DNA of 61,382 nucleotides from Candidatus Parcubacteria bacterium (GCA_963806325.1 CAWDXL010000006.1:1-61382), one strand, 5' to 3'; positions 8,865-19,325 are shown, counted from the first letter of the stretch. Numbers and translations: made by a program. Notes: generated by a model not told the origin, from the letters alone.

Positions 8865-10064
8865 GTGGGAGAAATAAATAAGCGTAATAGACGGATTTTG
8901 ATACTTGTTTTTATGTGTATCGGTATTTTTGCAGCGGTGAATATTATTATCGGGATTGTTAAGAAAACATTCGACAGTTCTTCGTCAATGCAGCGATATG
9001 GCCAAAATAATTTTCCACAATCAGCGGTGTTTTGGCCGGAACACAACAACGAAAATCTTCTCTCGCTTATTATTGAGCCTCGCGACGGTATTGCGCCTGT
9101 GCTCTCGTTGATACAACGTGCTTCTACATCAATTGATCTTGTGATGTACGAGCTTGATGATGCACAGATAGAACAGGCACTGGCTCGTGCACAGTCGCGC
9201 GGCGTGGCTGTGCGGGTCATTCTTAACCAGGGTTATTACGGACAAACAGCTTCTAATAATTCTGCTTTTTCAAATCAATCGGCGTATGAATATCTGAAAG
9301 ATCATAACGTGTCTGTTGAGTGGGCACCCTCTTACTTTGTTTTGACGCATCAGAAGTCTCTCGTTGTCGACAGCGCTCAGCTGCTCGTTATGACATTCAA
9401 TATGACGCCGAAATATTATCCTTCGGCCCGGGACTTTGGTATTGTCGACCAGGATCACCTTGATGTATCGGCTGCCGATCTCATTGATGCCGACTGGCAG
9501 GAAAGCTCCGCATCTCCATCGCCTGCATTACAAGGGGATAATCTTATTTGGAGTCCTGGTTCGGAAAATGAAATGCTTTACCTTATTGAAAATGCCACCT
9601 CCTCGCTCTCTATTTATAATGAAGAAATAAATGATCCTGCACTTGTGAATGCACTTGAGCTGGCTGCAGAGCGCGGAGTGGATGTAAAAGTTGATATGAC
9701 GTATGAGACCGCTTGGAAACCTATATTTATCGAGCTCGTCTCCGCTGGTGTGCATGTGCGCACGTATGCCGCCCATGCATCAATCTATATCCACGCCAAA
9801 ATGATCATTGTTGATAATTCAGCAGCATTTATCGGTTCGGAAAATTTTTCTGCTTCGTCGCTCGACGACAATCGCGAGCTTGGTATTGTGTTTGATGATC
9901 AAAAAATCATTGATTCTCTAAAATCTGTTTTTGATGCCGACTGGCAAAAAGCGGAGAGTGTTCGTTGGTACATAAAACTATTTCCAGCCTACCCAGCGGT
10001 CTATTTCTGGCTATTGTTTTTTATGAGTTCTTCGTCAATTCGGCGCGGCGCATCAGCAGGATGA
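8865..10064 (+). CDS. Membrane-anchored phospholipase D-family protein (true 3' end may be near 9975)
   Basis: Two HKD motifs (HQKSLVVD, HAKMIIVD), GSENFS and NRELG; N-terminal TM. The C-terminal tail overlaps the convergent gene. Confidence 0.85.
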   Translation: MGEINKRNRRILILVFMCIGIFAAVNIIIGIVKKTFDSSSSMQRYGQNNFPQSAVFWPEHNNENLLSLIIEPRDGIAPVLSLIQRASTSIDLVMYELDDAQIEQALARAQSRGVAVRVILNQGYYGQTASNNSAFSNQSAYEYLKDHNVSVEWAPSYFVLTHQKSLVVDSAQLLVMTFNMTPKYYPSARDFGIVDQDHLDVSAADLIDADWQESSASPSPALQGDNLIWSPGSENEMLYLIENATSSLSIYNEEINDPALVNALELAAERGVDVKVDMTYETAWKPIFIELVSAGVHVRTYAAHASIYIHAKMIIVDNSAAFIGSENFSASSLDDNRELGIVFDDQKIIDSLKSVFDADWQKAESVRWYIKLFPAYPAVYFWLLFFMSSSSIRRGASAG

Positions 10065-10710
10065 TCACGATAGTAATCCTCAACCTCAGTGGCGCCGCGA
10101 TGAGCATGAGCATAGTCTTTGCCTTCACCCATGAGGAATCGTTCATCGAAGCTCGTGAAGCAAATGAAATTGAGCTCATGCCGCGGCGGACAGTCTTAAG
10201 CCAGATTTCATTTTTCGAAATAAAGAGGTATACCCGATCATGCCCGCCGTCGGCATATCTATAAACAGATAATCGCGCACGGCTTTGCCGTCGACGAGCC
10301 ACACTTTGAGCATGCCTGTGCTGTATTTTGTGAGCATCTGCTTATGTATCTTATCCACAATTTCCTTTTTGGAATTTTTGACAGCGTTCCGGTCTTCAAG
10401 GTGAATGAGCTTCAGGCCCGCTCCTTTATTTCAACAAGATCAGCTTTTTTCACGGCTTCTTCGTATGGTGCGCCTTGCTCGATTTCCCACTGTTCGCTGA
10501 TAAGATGATCGATAAAAAAATACCACTCGTTTTTATTTGAATCTTTATCGATCCAAAATTCATCCTTCCAATGAAGGGCAGGTGATAGTGCTCGTCGTAT
10601 TCTACAAAATTTTCATTCAGCTCTTTTCTGATATATTCTCCGTCAACAAGCCAGACCGTGTGCTTGCCGATAGTCTCTATTTTTTCGACATACACTTTTT
10701 TTGTATTCAT
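10001..10710 (-). CDS. Conserved hypothetical protein with a tandemly duplicated domain (frameshifted)
   Basis: Stitched fragments show two copies of VWLVDGxx(I/V)R...H..Y.FI..(N/D)E.W; the second copy carries an LHELxER...AH motif after indel correction. Confidence 0.55.
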
Positions 10711-10745
10711 AAAATAAAGTGAGTGAGGGGGGTGGGCAGCTTAGA

Positions 10746-11009
10746 TTAAAACCCGAGGCTTTGTTCGATACCTTGCACGTCAACGGTGCTTGTGCCGCTG
10801 CCGGTCGCACCCTGGAGGCTGCCGACATAGTTTGACATAAATGATGGCAGGACGAACATGAGTCCAATGAGCGGCAAGACAAATAATGCGACGCTGATCA
10901 TTGTCCAGAGAAAATATTTTCTCGTTTTTTCCACCGATACATACACAGCCTCAATACGAGCCTTGAGGCCTTCAATTTCATCGCTGATATGAGCATTGTC
11001 CGGCTGCAT
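10746..11009 (-). CDS. Small single-TM hypothetical protein
   Basis: Short coiled coil, KTRKYFLW, then a hydrophobic helix. Confidence 0.6.
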   Translation of the reverse strand: MQPDNAHISDEIEGLKARIEAVYVSVEKTRKYFLWTMISVALFVLPLIGLMFVLPSFMSNYVGSLQGATGSGTSTVDVQGIEQSLGF

Positions 11010-11089
11010 GATAATGAATAGTATAGCATGTGTCTGTTCTACTTTGCGCATCTGCTTGTCTGAAGTATACTTAGTCTGCATTTATGTAC

Positions 11090-11542
11090 ATGAACACGTC
11101 GGCAAAATTTCTTGTGGTGCTTTTGCGGGTGAGCCTCAGGCTGGTATTTTTTGTATGAAGGCTTGCAGGCGCTGAAAGATTCCGGATGGACGCTCGGCCA
11201 CTACATCCAGCACTCCGCGATATTGCCCAACGTGTATACATTTTGTCCTGAGTCCTACGGTTGTGGTGGCGCTGAGCTATGCGACAAAAATAGCATTTAT
11301 CATTATTGGCGCATGTTGATTCTAGGTCTGTTTGTGAGGATCAGCAGCATTGTCGCTGCGCTCATTGTGCTCTTTTTGTACCTGCGCTCGTCCGTTTCCC
11401 GTTTGTCACCGGCGCATACTATAGCGGGTACTATATCGTAAATGAGCAAGTCATCATTATCTTGTCGCTTCTTATATTGGCAACGGTGCGGGCAGGAGAA
11501 TATTTAGGACTGGGAGCAATCTTCAAATTCTCGAGATTTTAA
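11090..11542 (+). CDS. DoxX-family membrane protein (frameshifted)
   Basis: LLRVSLGWYFLYEG, LILGLFVRISSI and GAGEYLGL-type motifs spread over three frames. Confidence 0.65.
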
Positions 11543-11553
11543 ACTTTTGAAAA

Positions 11554-12051
11554 ATGTCAGAGTTTACCTCACCCGAAAAAGATTCTACCGAGACTATTAT
11601 TATTGTCAGTGGAGTAGTTGTCGGTATCCTGATAATTATCGGCGGCATCGTGTCGCTTGTCTCGGTCCTGTCGTGGCATCCCGGCGATGCATCTGTCCCA
11701 AGTCAAACGTCTGGAGTATCTCTGACGAGTACGTTTGTACCTGTTGCGAATACAAATCCACCCGGCGCTTCTTCATCGGCCTTTACGCTTTCCGACAACC
11801 AAAGCAGTCAGACAATCAGCTATCCAACCGTCTTTACTCTGGAACTGCCGGCCTCTCTCTACCCGCGGGCAAATCTTTTGCTGTTTGGCAATCCTGCCAA
11901 TTCGATTGTGCTGGTTCGCGATACTACACCTACACAAACAGGCGATTGGGCTGTCGAGCTTCAAACAGCCACGACAGGGGTGGCTGATATCATTGTCGGA
12001 GCTGCCCAAACTTCTACTTCTGATTACCACGTGTCGCTAACAATCCAATAA
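11554..12051 (+). CDS. Membrane-anchored hypothetical protein
   Basis: N-terminal TM, Ser/Thr linker, beta-rich C-terminus. Confidence 0.6.
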   Translation: MSEFTSPEKDSTETIIIVSGVVVGILIIIGGIVSLVSVLSWHPGDASVPSQTSGVSLTSTFVPVANTNPPGASSSAFTLSDNQSSQTISYPTVFTLELPASLYPRANLLLFGNPANSIVLVRDTTPTQTGDWAVELQTATTGVADIIVGAAQTSTSDYHVSLTIQ

Positions 12052-12130
12052 TAGACTACAATAGACGGATAAGGTGAAAGGGTAGAGTTGTGCACCGGTT
12101 GCCGTATTTTTTACGTACTATATCATCATT

Positions 12131-12965
12131 ATGCCTCGCCATTCCCTCACGATCGCTCTTGGAGTCACGGTGGCTGCCGGAGCAATAACTGCTTTAGTGC
12201 TTACGGCCGGCCAGTTTCGGCCTCTGCTGTTTTCCAAATCACTTGCCGCATCAATTTCTGGAGTAAGTTCGCCGGATACGAATAGCCGCATATCTTACCG
12301 CTGCAGGAGTGATAAGTCTCACCAATAGCGATCGGGCGCAACAAAATCTTTCAGCTCTGCAGGAAAATGCAAATCTCGACGCTGCAGCTGAAAGTAAGCT
12401 GGGTGATATGTTTAAACAGCAGTATTTCGAGCATATATCGCCGGAAGGCAATGGTCCCGACTATGTGGTCTCACAGGCCGGTTATGCCTATCTCGTGACG
12501 GGTGAAAATCTTGCCATGGGAAATTTTAGCGATGATGCGGCGCTCATGGCAGCATGGATGGCAAGTCCTGGACATCGGGCAAATATTTTAAATACCGGTT
12601 TTGTTGATATTGGAGTCGCGGTCGGGCAGGGAACCATGAACGGAGAGCGGGTTTGGCTTGCGGTACAGGAATTTGGGGCGCCTTCTACGGAATGTCCTGT
12701 CGTTAGTGCTTCTCTAAAATCAACGATTGAAACTGATAAAACTTCTATTGCTGTGCTCACATCGTCTCTCGATGCTGATAAGACTACTCTTGCTGCATTG
12801 CCACAAAATACCGAAGCTGAGCGTACTGTCTACAATACAAAAGTTGTAGGATACAATATTCTGGCCAATACCTACGCGGTTCTTGCTGCGCGTCTCAAGA
12901 CGGAGATTGATCAATATAACGCCGATGTTCAGGCATTCAATAGTTGTTTAAATAAGAAAATATAA
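12131..12965 (+). CDS. CAP/SCP domain secreted protein (frameshifted near 12290)
   Basis: LTNSDR, YFEHISPEG, GENLA, WMASPGHRANIL and IGVAV motifs followed by a coiled coil. Confidence 0.85.
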
Positions 12966-12977
12966 TATAATCAATCA

Positions 12978-13430
12978 ATGAATACAAAATACGTTATTGG
13001 CATTATCGTGGCTGCGATTGTCCTTATTGCAGCTTTTGTTTTTGTTAATGAAAAAATGAACGACACGAGCTCCTCCGGCGTTGATCTCACAAGTTTTGCA
13101 ATGTGCTTGAAAAGCAGCGGCACCATTATGTATGGCGCATTCTGGTGTCCTCACTGTGCTGCTACGAAAAAGATGTTTGGTGCAGCGGCGGAGGATCTTC
13201 CATATCATGAATGCTCAACGCCTGATGGGAATAGTCAGCTTCCTGATTGTACAGCCAAGGGTGTGAAAGGCTATCCGACATGGGTATTTCCTGATGGTAC
13301 ACGGCTCCAGGGTGAAACAACATTGCAGGTACTTTCACAGCGCTCCGGCTGCGCGCTTCCTGCGGGTATTGCTGGTGCGGCATTGCCGACCGCTTCAACG
13401 ACCGCATCGTCTTCGAGCGCCGCCGAGTAA
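12978..13430 (+). CDS. Membrane-anchored thioredoxin-like protein (CPHC)
   Basis: MYGAFWCPHC, YHECS and C..KGVKGYPTW motifs; N-terminal TM. Confidence 0.8.
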   Translation: MNTKYVIGIIVAAIVLIAAFVFVNEKMNDTSSSGVDLTSFAMCLKSSGTIMYGAFWCPHCAATKKMFGAAAEDLPYHECSTPDGNSQLPDCTAKGVKGYPTWVFPDGTRLQGETTLQVLSQRSGCALPAGIAGAALPTASTTASSSSAAE

Positions 13431-13459
13431 TCTTTCTCTCGGATCGAATTTAATTTTTC

Positions 13460-14062
13460 ATGACCCCTCTTGTTACTTCAGTTACAATGATTTCATCGGT
13501 GCTTACCGTTTGCGCCGATCTCGCGGTGGTCTGCGCCATTATCTTTTTTGTCGCAAGTTTAGCTTCTCACTCAAGCAGTAAAATAAATCGTTGGCTTGCG
13601 GTCTATGAATCGTATGCTCTGATCGCGAGTTTCGTCATAAGCCTCGGCGGCGTCCTTGGCAGTCTGTTCTATTCTGAGATTGCCGGCTTTGCTCCGTGTG
13701 AACTGTGCTGGTGGCAGCGCATCTTTCTTTTTCCGCAATTTATTATCTTAGGACTTGCGGTGTGGTATAACCATAGTTCAAAGCGTGTGCCTAAAGACAC
13801 CGAGCGGCATGTTGAGTATTTCGCACTTCTTACAAGCCTCGCACTTTCTCTCATTGGCGGCGCGTATGCCTTGTATCATTCGTATGGCCTACTCATAAAC
13901 CCTGACGTCTTGCCCGCTTGTGCTGCGGTAGGTGTTTCGTGTTCGAAACTCTATTTCCTTTATTTTGGATATGTTGCAATCCCTACAATGTCGCTCACGC
14001 TCTTTCTCATGCTTCTTGCCAATGCCGCTTTGCATTTTAGAGGCAGAAAATATCGTACATAA
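13460..14062 (+). CDS. dsbB: Disulfide bond formation protein B family
   Basis: GSLFYSEIAGFAPCELCWWQRI and a second Cys pair (PAC...SCS); four TMs. Confidence 0.85.
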   Translation: MTPLVTSVTMISSVLTVCADLAVVCAIIFFVASLASHSSSKINRWLAVYESYALIASFVISLGGVLGSLFYSEIAGFAPCELCWWQRIFLFPQFIILGLAVWYNHSSKRVPKDTERHVEYFALLTSLALSLIGGAYALYHSYGLLINPDVLPACAAVGVSCSKLYFLYFGYVAIPTMSLTLFLMLLANAALHFRGRKYRT

Positions 14063-14107
14063 ATCTCGGCTGTATCCGTCATAGAAAGGCCATTCTTCAA
14101 AGAAAAT

Positions 14108-14701
14108 ATGCTCATACATATTGTTATTGCATTCGGCTATATCGGAATTTTTATCGCTGTTTTCGCCGAGTCGGGTTTTCTTTTGGGATTTTTCCTGCCG
14201 GGTGATTCTCTTCTTTTTACGGTCGGCCTTTTGGCAGCAGGTGGTTATTTTTCTATCATAGCTTTAATCGTACTTGCCGCAGTAGCTGCGATCGTAGGGG
14301 ACAGTTTTGGATATGCGACCGGCAGAATATTTGGCCCAAAAATATTCAAACGCCCTGATTCGCTCTTTTTCAGCACTGCGTATGTGGAACGGACTGAAAA
14401 ATTCTTTAAAAAATACGGCAGGAAGACTATTATCATGGCGCGCTTTGTTCCTATTGTGCGCACCTTTGCTCCAGTGATGGCAGGCGTCGCAAAAATGAAG
14501 TACCGTACGTTTGTAAGCTTCAATATCATTGGCGGCGTAGCATGGACGGCAGGGTTTCTCTGTTTATCATATTGGCTTGGCGGCCGATTTCCGTTTCTTT
14601 CAAATTACTTAAGCTATATCATTATTGTCATTGTGATTCTTTCTATTGTTCCCATTGCGGTAGACTACGCAAGGACTCGCAGCGTTCCAAAGAAAGTCTA
14701 G
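14108..14701 (+). CDS. DedA/VTT family membrane protein
   Basis: FAESG...FFLPGDSLLF, GDSFGY, ARFVPIVRTFAP motifs. Confidence 0.92.
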   Translation: MLIHIVIAFGYIGIFIAVFAESGFLLGFFLPGDSLLFTVGLLAAGGYFSIIALIVLAAVAAIVGDSFGYATGRIFGPKIFKRPDSLFFSTAYVERTEKFFKKYGRKTIIMARFVPIVRTFAPVMAGVAKMKYRTFVSFNIIGGVAWTAGFLCLSYWLGGRFPFLSNYLSYIIIVIVILSIVPIAVDYARTRSVPKKV

Positions 14702-14745
14702 TGCAATTTCATCATTTTTCTCTAAATATATGCTAGTATCAAGAA

Positions 14746-15696
14746 ATGGATTTTAGCATTGTTATTACGAAGCCCGAAAAGGATTATGAGCTCTTGGATA
14801 GCGGGGAAGGCGAGAAGCTCGAGCGCTATGGCAATATTACTGTTGCGAGGCCTGATCCGCAGGCGCTCTGGAAAAAACATTTGGCGCCCGTAGAATGGCA
14901 AAAGGCGCAGGCTGTATTTTGCCGTGAAAAAAATGAAAAAGAAAAAGACAGTATCCGAAATTCATCAATGCATATAGGATGGGATGTTGCTCCGGGCATT
15001 CCCCAAAAGTGGCACATTGAGCTCGCTGATTTGAAATTTTGGATCAAGCTTACGGCATTTAAGCATACCGGTATTTTCCCTGAGCAGGCAAACAATTGGA
15101 TGTGGATTGAAAAAACTATCAAACAAAATTCCCGTGCCTCAGCTGTGCGTGTCCTTAATCTCTTCGGATACACCGGCGGCGCAACACTTGCCGCCCTTAA
15201 GGCGGGGGCCGAGGTAACACATGTTGACGGTTCAAAATCCGCCATTGCCTGGGCGAAAGAAAATGCCGAGTTGTCCGGCCTTGGTAGTGCGCCTGTACGC
15301 TGGATTGCTGATGATGCACGCAGTTTTGTGAAGCGAGAAATAAAGCGCGGCAAAAAATATGATGCCATCATCATGGATCCCCCGGCTTTTGGGCGGGGGG
15401 CAAAAGGCGAAGTGTGGAAACTGGAAGATGACCTTCTGGAGCTCCTGGATTTGTGCCGGGAGCTTCTTTCTGATAAGCCGCTTTTCTTTCTGATAAACGG
15501 GTACGCATCGGGCTATTCAGCGATTGCGTATCGCAATGCTGCCCAGAATATTTTAGAAAAAGTTTCTCTGAAGACGGAGGGTGGGAAGCAGGAATATTCA
15601 AGGGGGAATATAGAGGCTGGAGAAATGGTGATTGAAGAATCCGGCTCTCAAAGGCTTCTGCCTGCAGGCATATTCTCCAGGTTGCTATTTGTATAA
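14746..15696 (+). CDS. Class I SAM-dependent methyltransferase (RlmI/RlmK-like)
   Basis: YELLDSG..EKLERYG, HTGIFPEQ, VLNLFGYTGG and MDPPAFGRG motifs. Confidence 0.85.
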   Translation: MDFSIVITKPEKDYELLDSGEGEKLERYGNITVARPDPQALWKKHLAPVEWQKAQAVFCREKNEKEKDSIRNSSMHIGWDVAPGIPQKWHIELADLKFWIKLTAFKHTGIFPEQANNWMWIEKTIKQNSRASAVRVLNLFGYTGGATLAALKAGAEVTHVDGSKSAIAWAKENAELSGLGSAPVRWIADDARSFVKREIKRGKKYDAIIMDPPAFGRGAKGEVWKLEDDLLELLDLCRELLSDKPLFFLINGYASGYSAIAYRNAAQNILEKVSLKTEGGKQEYSRGNIEAGEMVIEESGSQRLLPAGIFSRLLFV

Positions 15697-15763
15697 GGGA
15701 AGGTAGAATAGGTGATACTTGACAAGGCCTCCATTTACACAAAAAACTAACTAAAATTAGTCT

Positions 15764-16336
15764 GTGAAAAATCAGCGTGCAACAAAACACGAATCAGGAT
15801 TAGACGAGAAGCAGAAAGAAGATCCTGAATTTGTAAAGATCTATAATGAGATGTCGCAGCAGCTGTTTAGGCATGTTTTTTTCAAGCTTTCAAATCACGA
15901 TCTTGCCCTTGATATTGTTCAAGAAACATTTGCCCGCACATGGCAGTATATTTCTTCCGGCAAAGAGGTTGCTAATATCAAAGGTTTTATTTTCAAGGTT
16001 GCCAATAATCTCATTATCGACGAATACCGAAAAAAGAAATCAGTATCTCTTGACACGCTGCAGGAAGACTCTGGCTTTGACGCTGCTGTCTCCGATCATT
16101 TGCGGTCAATTTTGAATGTTGAAATAAGCAATGTAGTGACGTATATCAATAAGCTTGACGATAAGTATCGTGATGTGATCATTATGCGGTATATCAATGA
16201 TTTTTCGCCGAAAGAAATCGCTAATATTCTCGGGGAGTCAGAAAATGCGGTTTCTGTGCGCATCAATCGCGGCATCAAGAAAGTCCAAACAATGCTTAAG
16301 GTGACACCCGACCGTCTTGACAAGAGCGGGCAGTAA
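15764..16336 (+). CDS. ECF-type sigma-70 factor
   Basis: Region 2 (ALDIVQETF..TW, FIFKVANNLIIDEYR) and region 4 (SPKEIANILGESENAVSVRINRG). Confidence 0.88.
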   Translation: MKNQRATKHESGLDEKQKEDPEFVKIYNEMSQQLFRHVFFKLSNHDLALDIVQETFARTWQYISSGKEVANIKGFIFKVANNLIIDEYRKKKSVSLDTLQEDSGFDAAVSDHLRSILNVEISNVVTYINKLDDKYRDVIIMRYINDFSPKEIANILGESENAVSVRINRGIKKVQTMLKVTPDRLDKSGQ

Positions 16337-16420
16337 TACTACTGTCTTTGCAGTCTATGCAAGATTTTCTGCGCCTGACCCGGCAGATTTCCGGAGTATT
16401 TTGTATACAAGGAGTATCCA

Positions 16421-16747
16421 ATGAGTAGCAAGCTTGCTCTTGATAGGAATGCGCTCGAACTGACTCGGTTGCACATTGTCACTTTACAGAAGATACAAAG
16501 TGGCGAAATGACGCTTGACCAGTGGGCATGGCTCATTGGCCACCAGTACGGCATTGAAGGGAATACCTTTGGCCATACATGTACTGAAATTCTAGTTTCC
16601 CTGCAAATTATGACGTTGCAGCAAGTTGCCACCGAGGAACTTTCCCTCGAGGAGTGGGGAGAATTTCTCAGGCTGACATTCATTGGCAGGGAAGCTTTAA
16701 TCGGCACATTCAAAGCACGAAAACCAAAACTGTTGTCTCATTCATGA
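16421..16747 (+). CDS. Orphan hypothetical protein with internal repeat
   Basis: AAGGAG SD 6 nt before ATG; TLQKIQSGEMTLDQW resembles TLQQVATEELSLEEW. Confidence 0.55.
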   Translation: MSSKLALDRNALELTRLHIVTLQKIQSGEMTLDQWAWLIGHQYGIEGNTFGHTCTEILVSLQIMTLQQVATEELSLEEWGEFLRLTFIGREALIGTFKARKPKLLSHS

Positions 16748-16825
16748 TTTCCGATCTCTCGAGTCCTTGCTTTACTGCACGGGCTCGATTTTTTATATTA
16801 AAACCCACTCTGCTATACTTAGGGA

Positions 16826-17608
16826 ATGAAAAACTTCCGGCATCTTTTTATTTTTTTCACAACTATTCTGGATAGCATATTATTGTGTTTGTTTGGGATG
16901 CTTGCATACGGCGTATCATTTCCAGGCCGACTTCAAACGCTAATCTTTTCGTATGATAATTCTGTTGCAGGTATTATAGCCGAACATTCTCCCCAATGGT
17001 TTGTGAGTGATATGAATATTCTTACATATCTCGCTGATCCGGTAGTAATGATTTTTTTTGCCGTTATCGTGCTCATTGTTTTGGTACATATTCATGAAGA
17101 GGTTGTTGGTGCATTGTTGACCGGTGCTATGATTATAGGTGGCTTGCTTTCGCTTGCTATAAAAGAGATTGTGCTGCGGGCGCGGCCGAATAGTATTTCT
17201 CCGGTTTCGTTGCATGTACTTTCGCTCATAGACCGCTTTGGTTCGTCGTTTCCAAGCGCGCATGCGCTCGTCTCCATTATTTTTTATGGCTTTCTAGCTC
17301 ACACTCTCGGTCGCGTCTACTCCAAAACATGGCAAAGAACAGTAGTATATGCTGCTGCTGTTTTTATGATTGGCGGCATCGGCTATTCGAGAATTGTGAT
17401 TGGTGCGCACTGGTTTTCTGATGTTGTGGCTGGATGGCTTTTAGGCGGGGCCGTTCTCGGTACTCTTATTATTGCCCTCTATCGTGTCGAAGAATGGCAT
17501 GCCAAAAAAGAACATCCAAGCCACTCGCTTGTCATTGTCAGCATCGCTGTCGCTGCCTCTTGCATAACTTTCTTGGCTGTATTTGATCTGATGCGCTATA
17601 CTTTATAA
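16826..17608 (+). CDS. PAP2-family membrane phosphatase
   Basis: K...RARP, SFPSAH and SRIVIGAHWFSDV motifs. Confidence 0.88.
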   Translation: MKNFRHLFIFFTTILDSILLCLFGMLAYGVSFPGRLQTLIFSYDNSVAGIIAEHSPQWFVSDMNILTYLADPVVMIFFAVIVLIVLVHIHEEVVGALLTGAMIIGGLLSLAIKEIVLRARPNSISPVSLHVLSLIDRFGSSFPSAHALVSIIFYGFLAHTLGRVYSKTWQRTVVYAAAVFMIGGIGYSRIVIGAHWFSDVVAGWLLGGAVLGTLIIALYRVEEWHAKKEHPSHSLVIVSIAVAASCITFLAVFDLMRYTL

Positions 17609-17632
17609 ATAACCAGTCTAATCAAAATTATT

Positions 17633-18442
17633 ATGGACGATAAAAAAATTCTTACGATTACCGCCGCAATCCTTCTTTCCCTCGGTTCTCTTTTTCTGCT
17701 TGTTGAAACAATGAGCGTCATTCATGCATGGAATGACGGCGAGCCAAAAGACAGCAGGGCAGAAATTAGTGTGACGGGCACCGGCGATGCATTTGCGCTG
17801 CCTAATACCGCAGAATTTTCTTTCACTGTTATGGAATCAGCAAAAACAGTGGCTGATGCCCAAGCCGCCGCAACCATTCTTTCAAACAAAGCTCTAGCCT
17901 ATTTGAAAACTGCCGACATTGCCGACAAAGACATTCAGACCGAGTCGTATGATATTGAGCCTCAGTACGCCACCACCCGCGTGAATATTCCTGTCGCTGA
18001 AAATGTTTCGTCGAGCATGCCGTGCATTGGTTGTGATCAGGCAACAAAACAAACTATTATAGGATACCAGGCATCAGAAAACATTGATGTGAAGGTTCAT
18101 GATACATCAAAAGCCGGCACGATTCTTGCTGGTATCGGCAGTCTCGGTGTCCAGAATGTATCCGGTCTCAGTCTTACTGTTGATAATCAGGATGCTGTAA
18201 CTGATGAAGCGCGGACAAAAGCTATTGCTGATGCGCAGTCAAAGGCTCAAATCCTTGCTCAGGAGCTTGGCGTGTCGCTCGTACGAATTACATCTTTTTC
18301 TGACGACAGTGGAATGGCAATGCCATATGCGGAAAGGACACTCTCAGCAGCCTCTTTGGAAGGGAATGCGCCAGTTCCTCAGGTTGCGGTCGGGCAGAAT
18401 AAAACCACCTCCAACGTTACTATTACCTACGAAATCCGTTAG
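17633..18442 (+). CDS. SIMPL (DUF541) domain protein
   Basis: ISVTGTG...P, A..DA..KA..LA and I.G.QN.....NVTITYEI patterns. Confidence 0.88.
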   Translation: MDDKKILTITAAILLSLGSLFLLVETMSVIHAWNDGEPKDSRAEISVTGTGDAFALPNTAEFSFTVMESAKTVADAQAAATILSNKALAYLKTADIADKDIQTESYDIEPQYATTRVNIPVAENVSSSMPCIGCDQATKQTIIGYQASENIDVKVHDTSKAGTILAGIGSLGVQNVSGLSLTVDNQDAVTDEARTKAIADAQSKAQILAQELGVSLVRITSFSDDSGMAMPYAERTLSAASLEGNAPVPQVAVGQNKTTSNVTITYEIR

Positions 18443-18443
18443 T

Positions 18444-18472
18444 TTGACATATTGTTTATAAAGGAGTACTAT
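18444..18472 (+). promoter_or_regulatory. Sigma70 promoter of secE-nusG-rplK
   Basis: TTGACA (18444-18449), 17 nt, TACTAT (18467-18472). Confidence 0.7.
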
Positions 18473-18518
18473 GGGAATACATGGCCCAGCGGCCTGTTTT
18501 TATTAACCACATATTTTT

Positions 18519-18704
18519 ATGGGATTAGGAGAATATATCAAAGAAACGCGGGGTGAATTGAAGCATGTGTCGTGGCCGACGCGCAGTCAGGCGATCGTAT
18601 ACAGTGTAATTGTCATTGTTCTATCTCTCGGCCTTGCGGCTTTTTTGGGTGCCTTCGATTATCTTTTTTCACACGGTCTTCAGTATTTTATCAATCGCTT
18701 CTAG
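18519..18704 (+). CDS. secE: Preprotein translocase SecE
   Basis: ELKHVSWPTR motif, single TM, position before nusG. Confidence 0.93.
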   Translation: MGLGEYIKETRGELKHVSWPTRSQAIVYSVIVIVLSLGLAAFLGAFDYLFSHGLQYFINRF

Positions 18705-18734
18705 CTTCATGCGCCATTAGTTTAACGTCTACAT

Positions 18735-19280
18735 ATGTCGAAACAAAAAATAGATGAAGGGAGAAATTGGTATGTAATTCATACCTATGCCGGCTATGAA
18801 AATGCCGTTGCCCGAAATTTGCGCCAGCGCATTGAATCTTTGGGCATGCAGAATAAAATTTTTAATGTAGTTGTTCCAACTGAAAAGAAAATTAAAGTGA
18901 AAGGCGGGAAGAGGGTGGAGGAAGAGGAAAAAGTATATCCTGGCTACATTCTCGTTGATATGATTGTTACCGATGATTCATGGTATGTGGTTCGCAATAC
19001 GCCGCGCGTTACCGGCTTCGTCGGTTCCGGCGTGTATCCTGTGCCTATCAATCAGTCGGAAATGGATGTTCTTCTCGGGCGTATGAGTGCCGATACTCCA
19101 AAGCACAATATCGATCTTGATCCCGATGATCATGTCATGATCGGCGACGGTCCTTTCAAAGATCTCGAAGGAAAAGTCAGTGAAGTCGATCAAGATCGCG
19201 GCAAGGTGAAAGTCTTGGTCAACATGTTTGGCCGCGAGACGCCTGTCGAGCTCGACTTCTTGCAGATTCGGAAGATTTAA
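18735..19280 (+). CDS. nusG: Transcription factor NusG
   Basis: WYVIHTYAGYE, VRNTPRVTGFVG, KOW domain and FGRETPVEL. Confidence 0.97.
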   Translation: MSKQKIDEGRNWYVIHTYAGYENAVARNLRQRIESLGMQNKIFNVVVPTEKKIKVKGGKRVEEEEKVYPGYILVDMIVTDDSWYVVRNTPRVTGFVGSGVYPVPINQSEMDVLLGRMSADTPKHNIDLDPDDHVMIGDGPFKDLEGKVSEVDQDRGKVKVLVNMFGRETPVELDFLQIRKI

Positions 19281-19325
19281 GTATTATAAAGCAACTGTTA
19301 CGCGCTTCAACGTATCATTAATATT

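Noticed and set aside
18443-18518. tRNA (e.g. tRNA-Trp) before secE
   Set aside because: The short gap holds a promoter and no cloverleaf or TTC-loop; I did not recognise any tRNA in the window.
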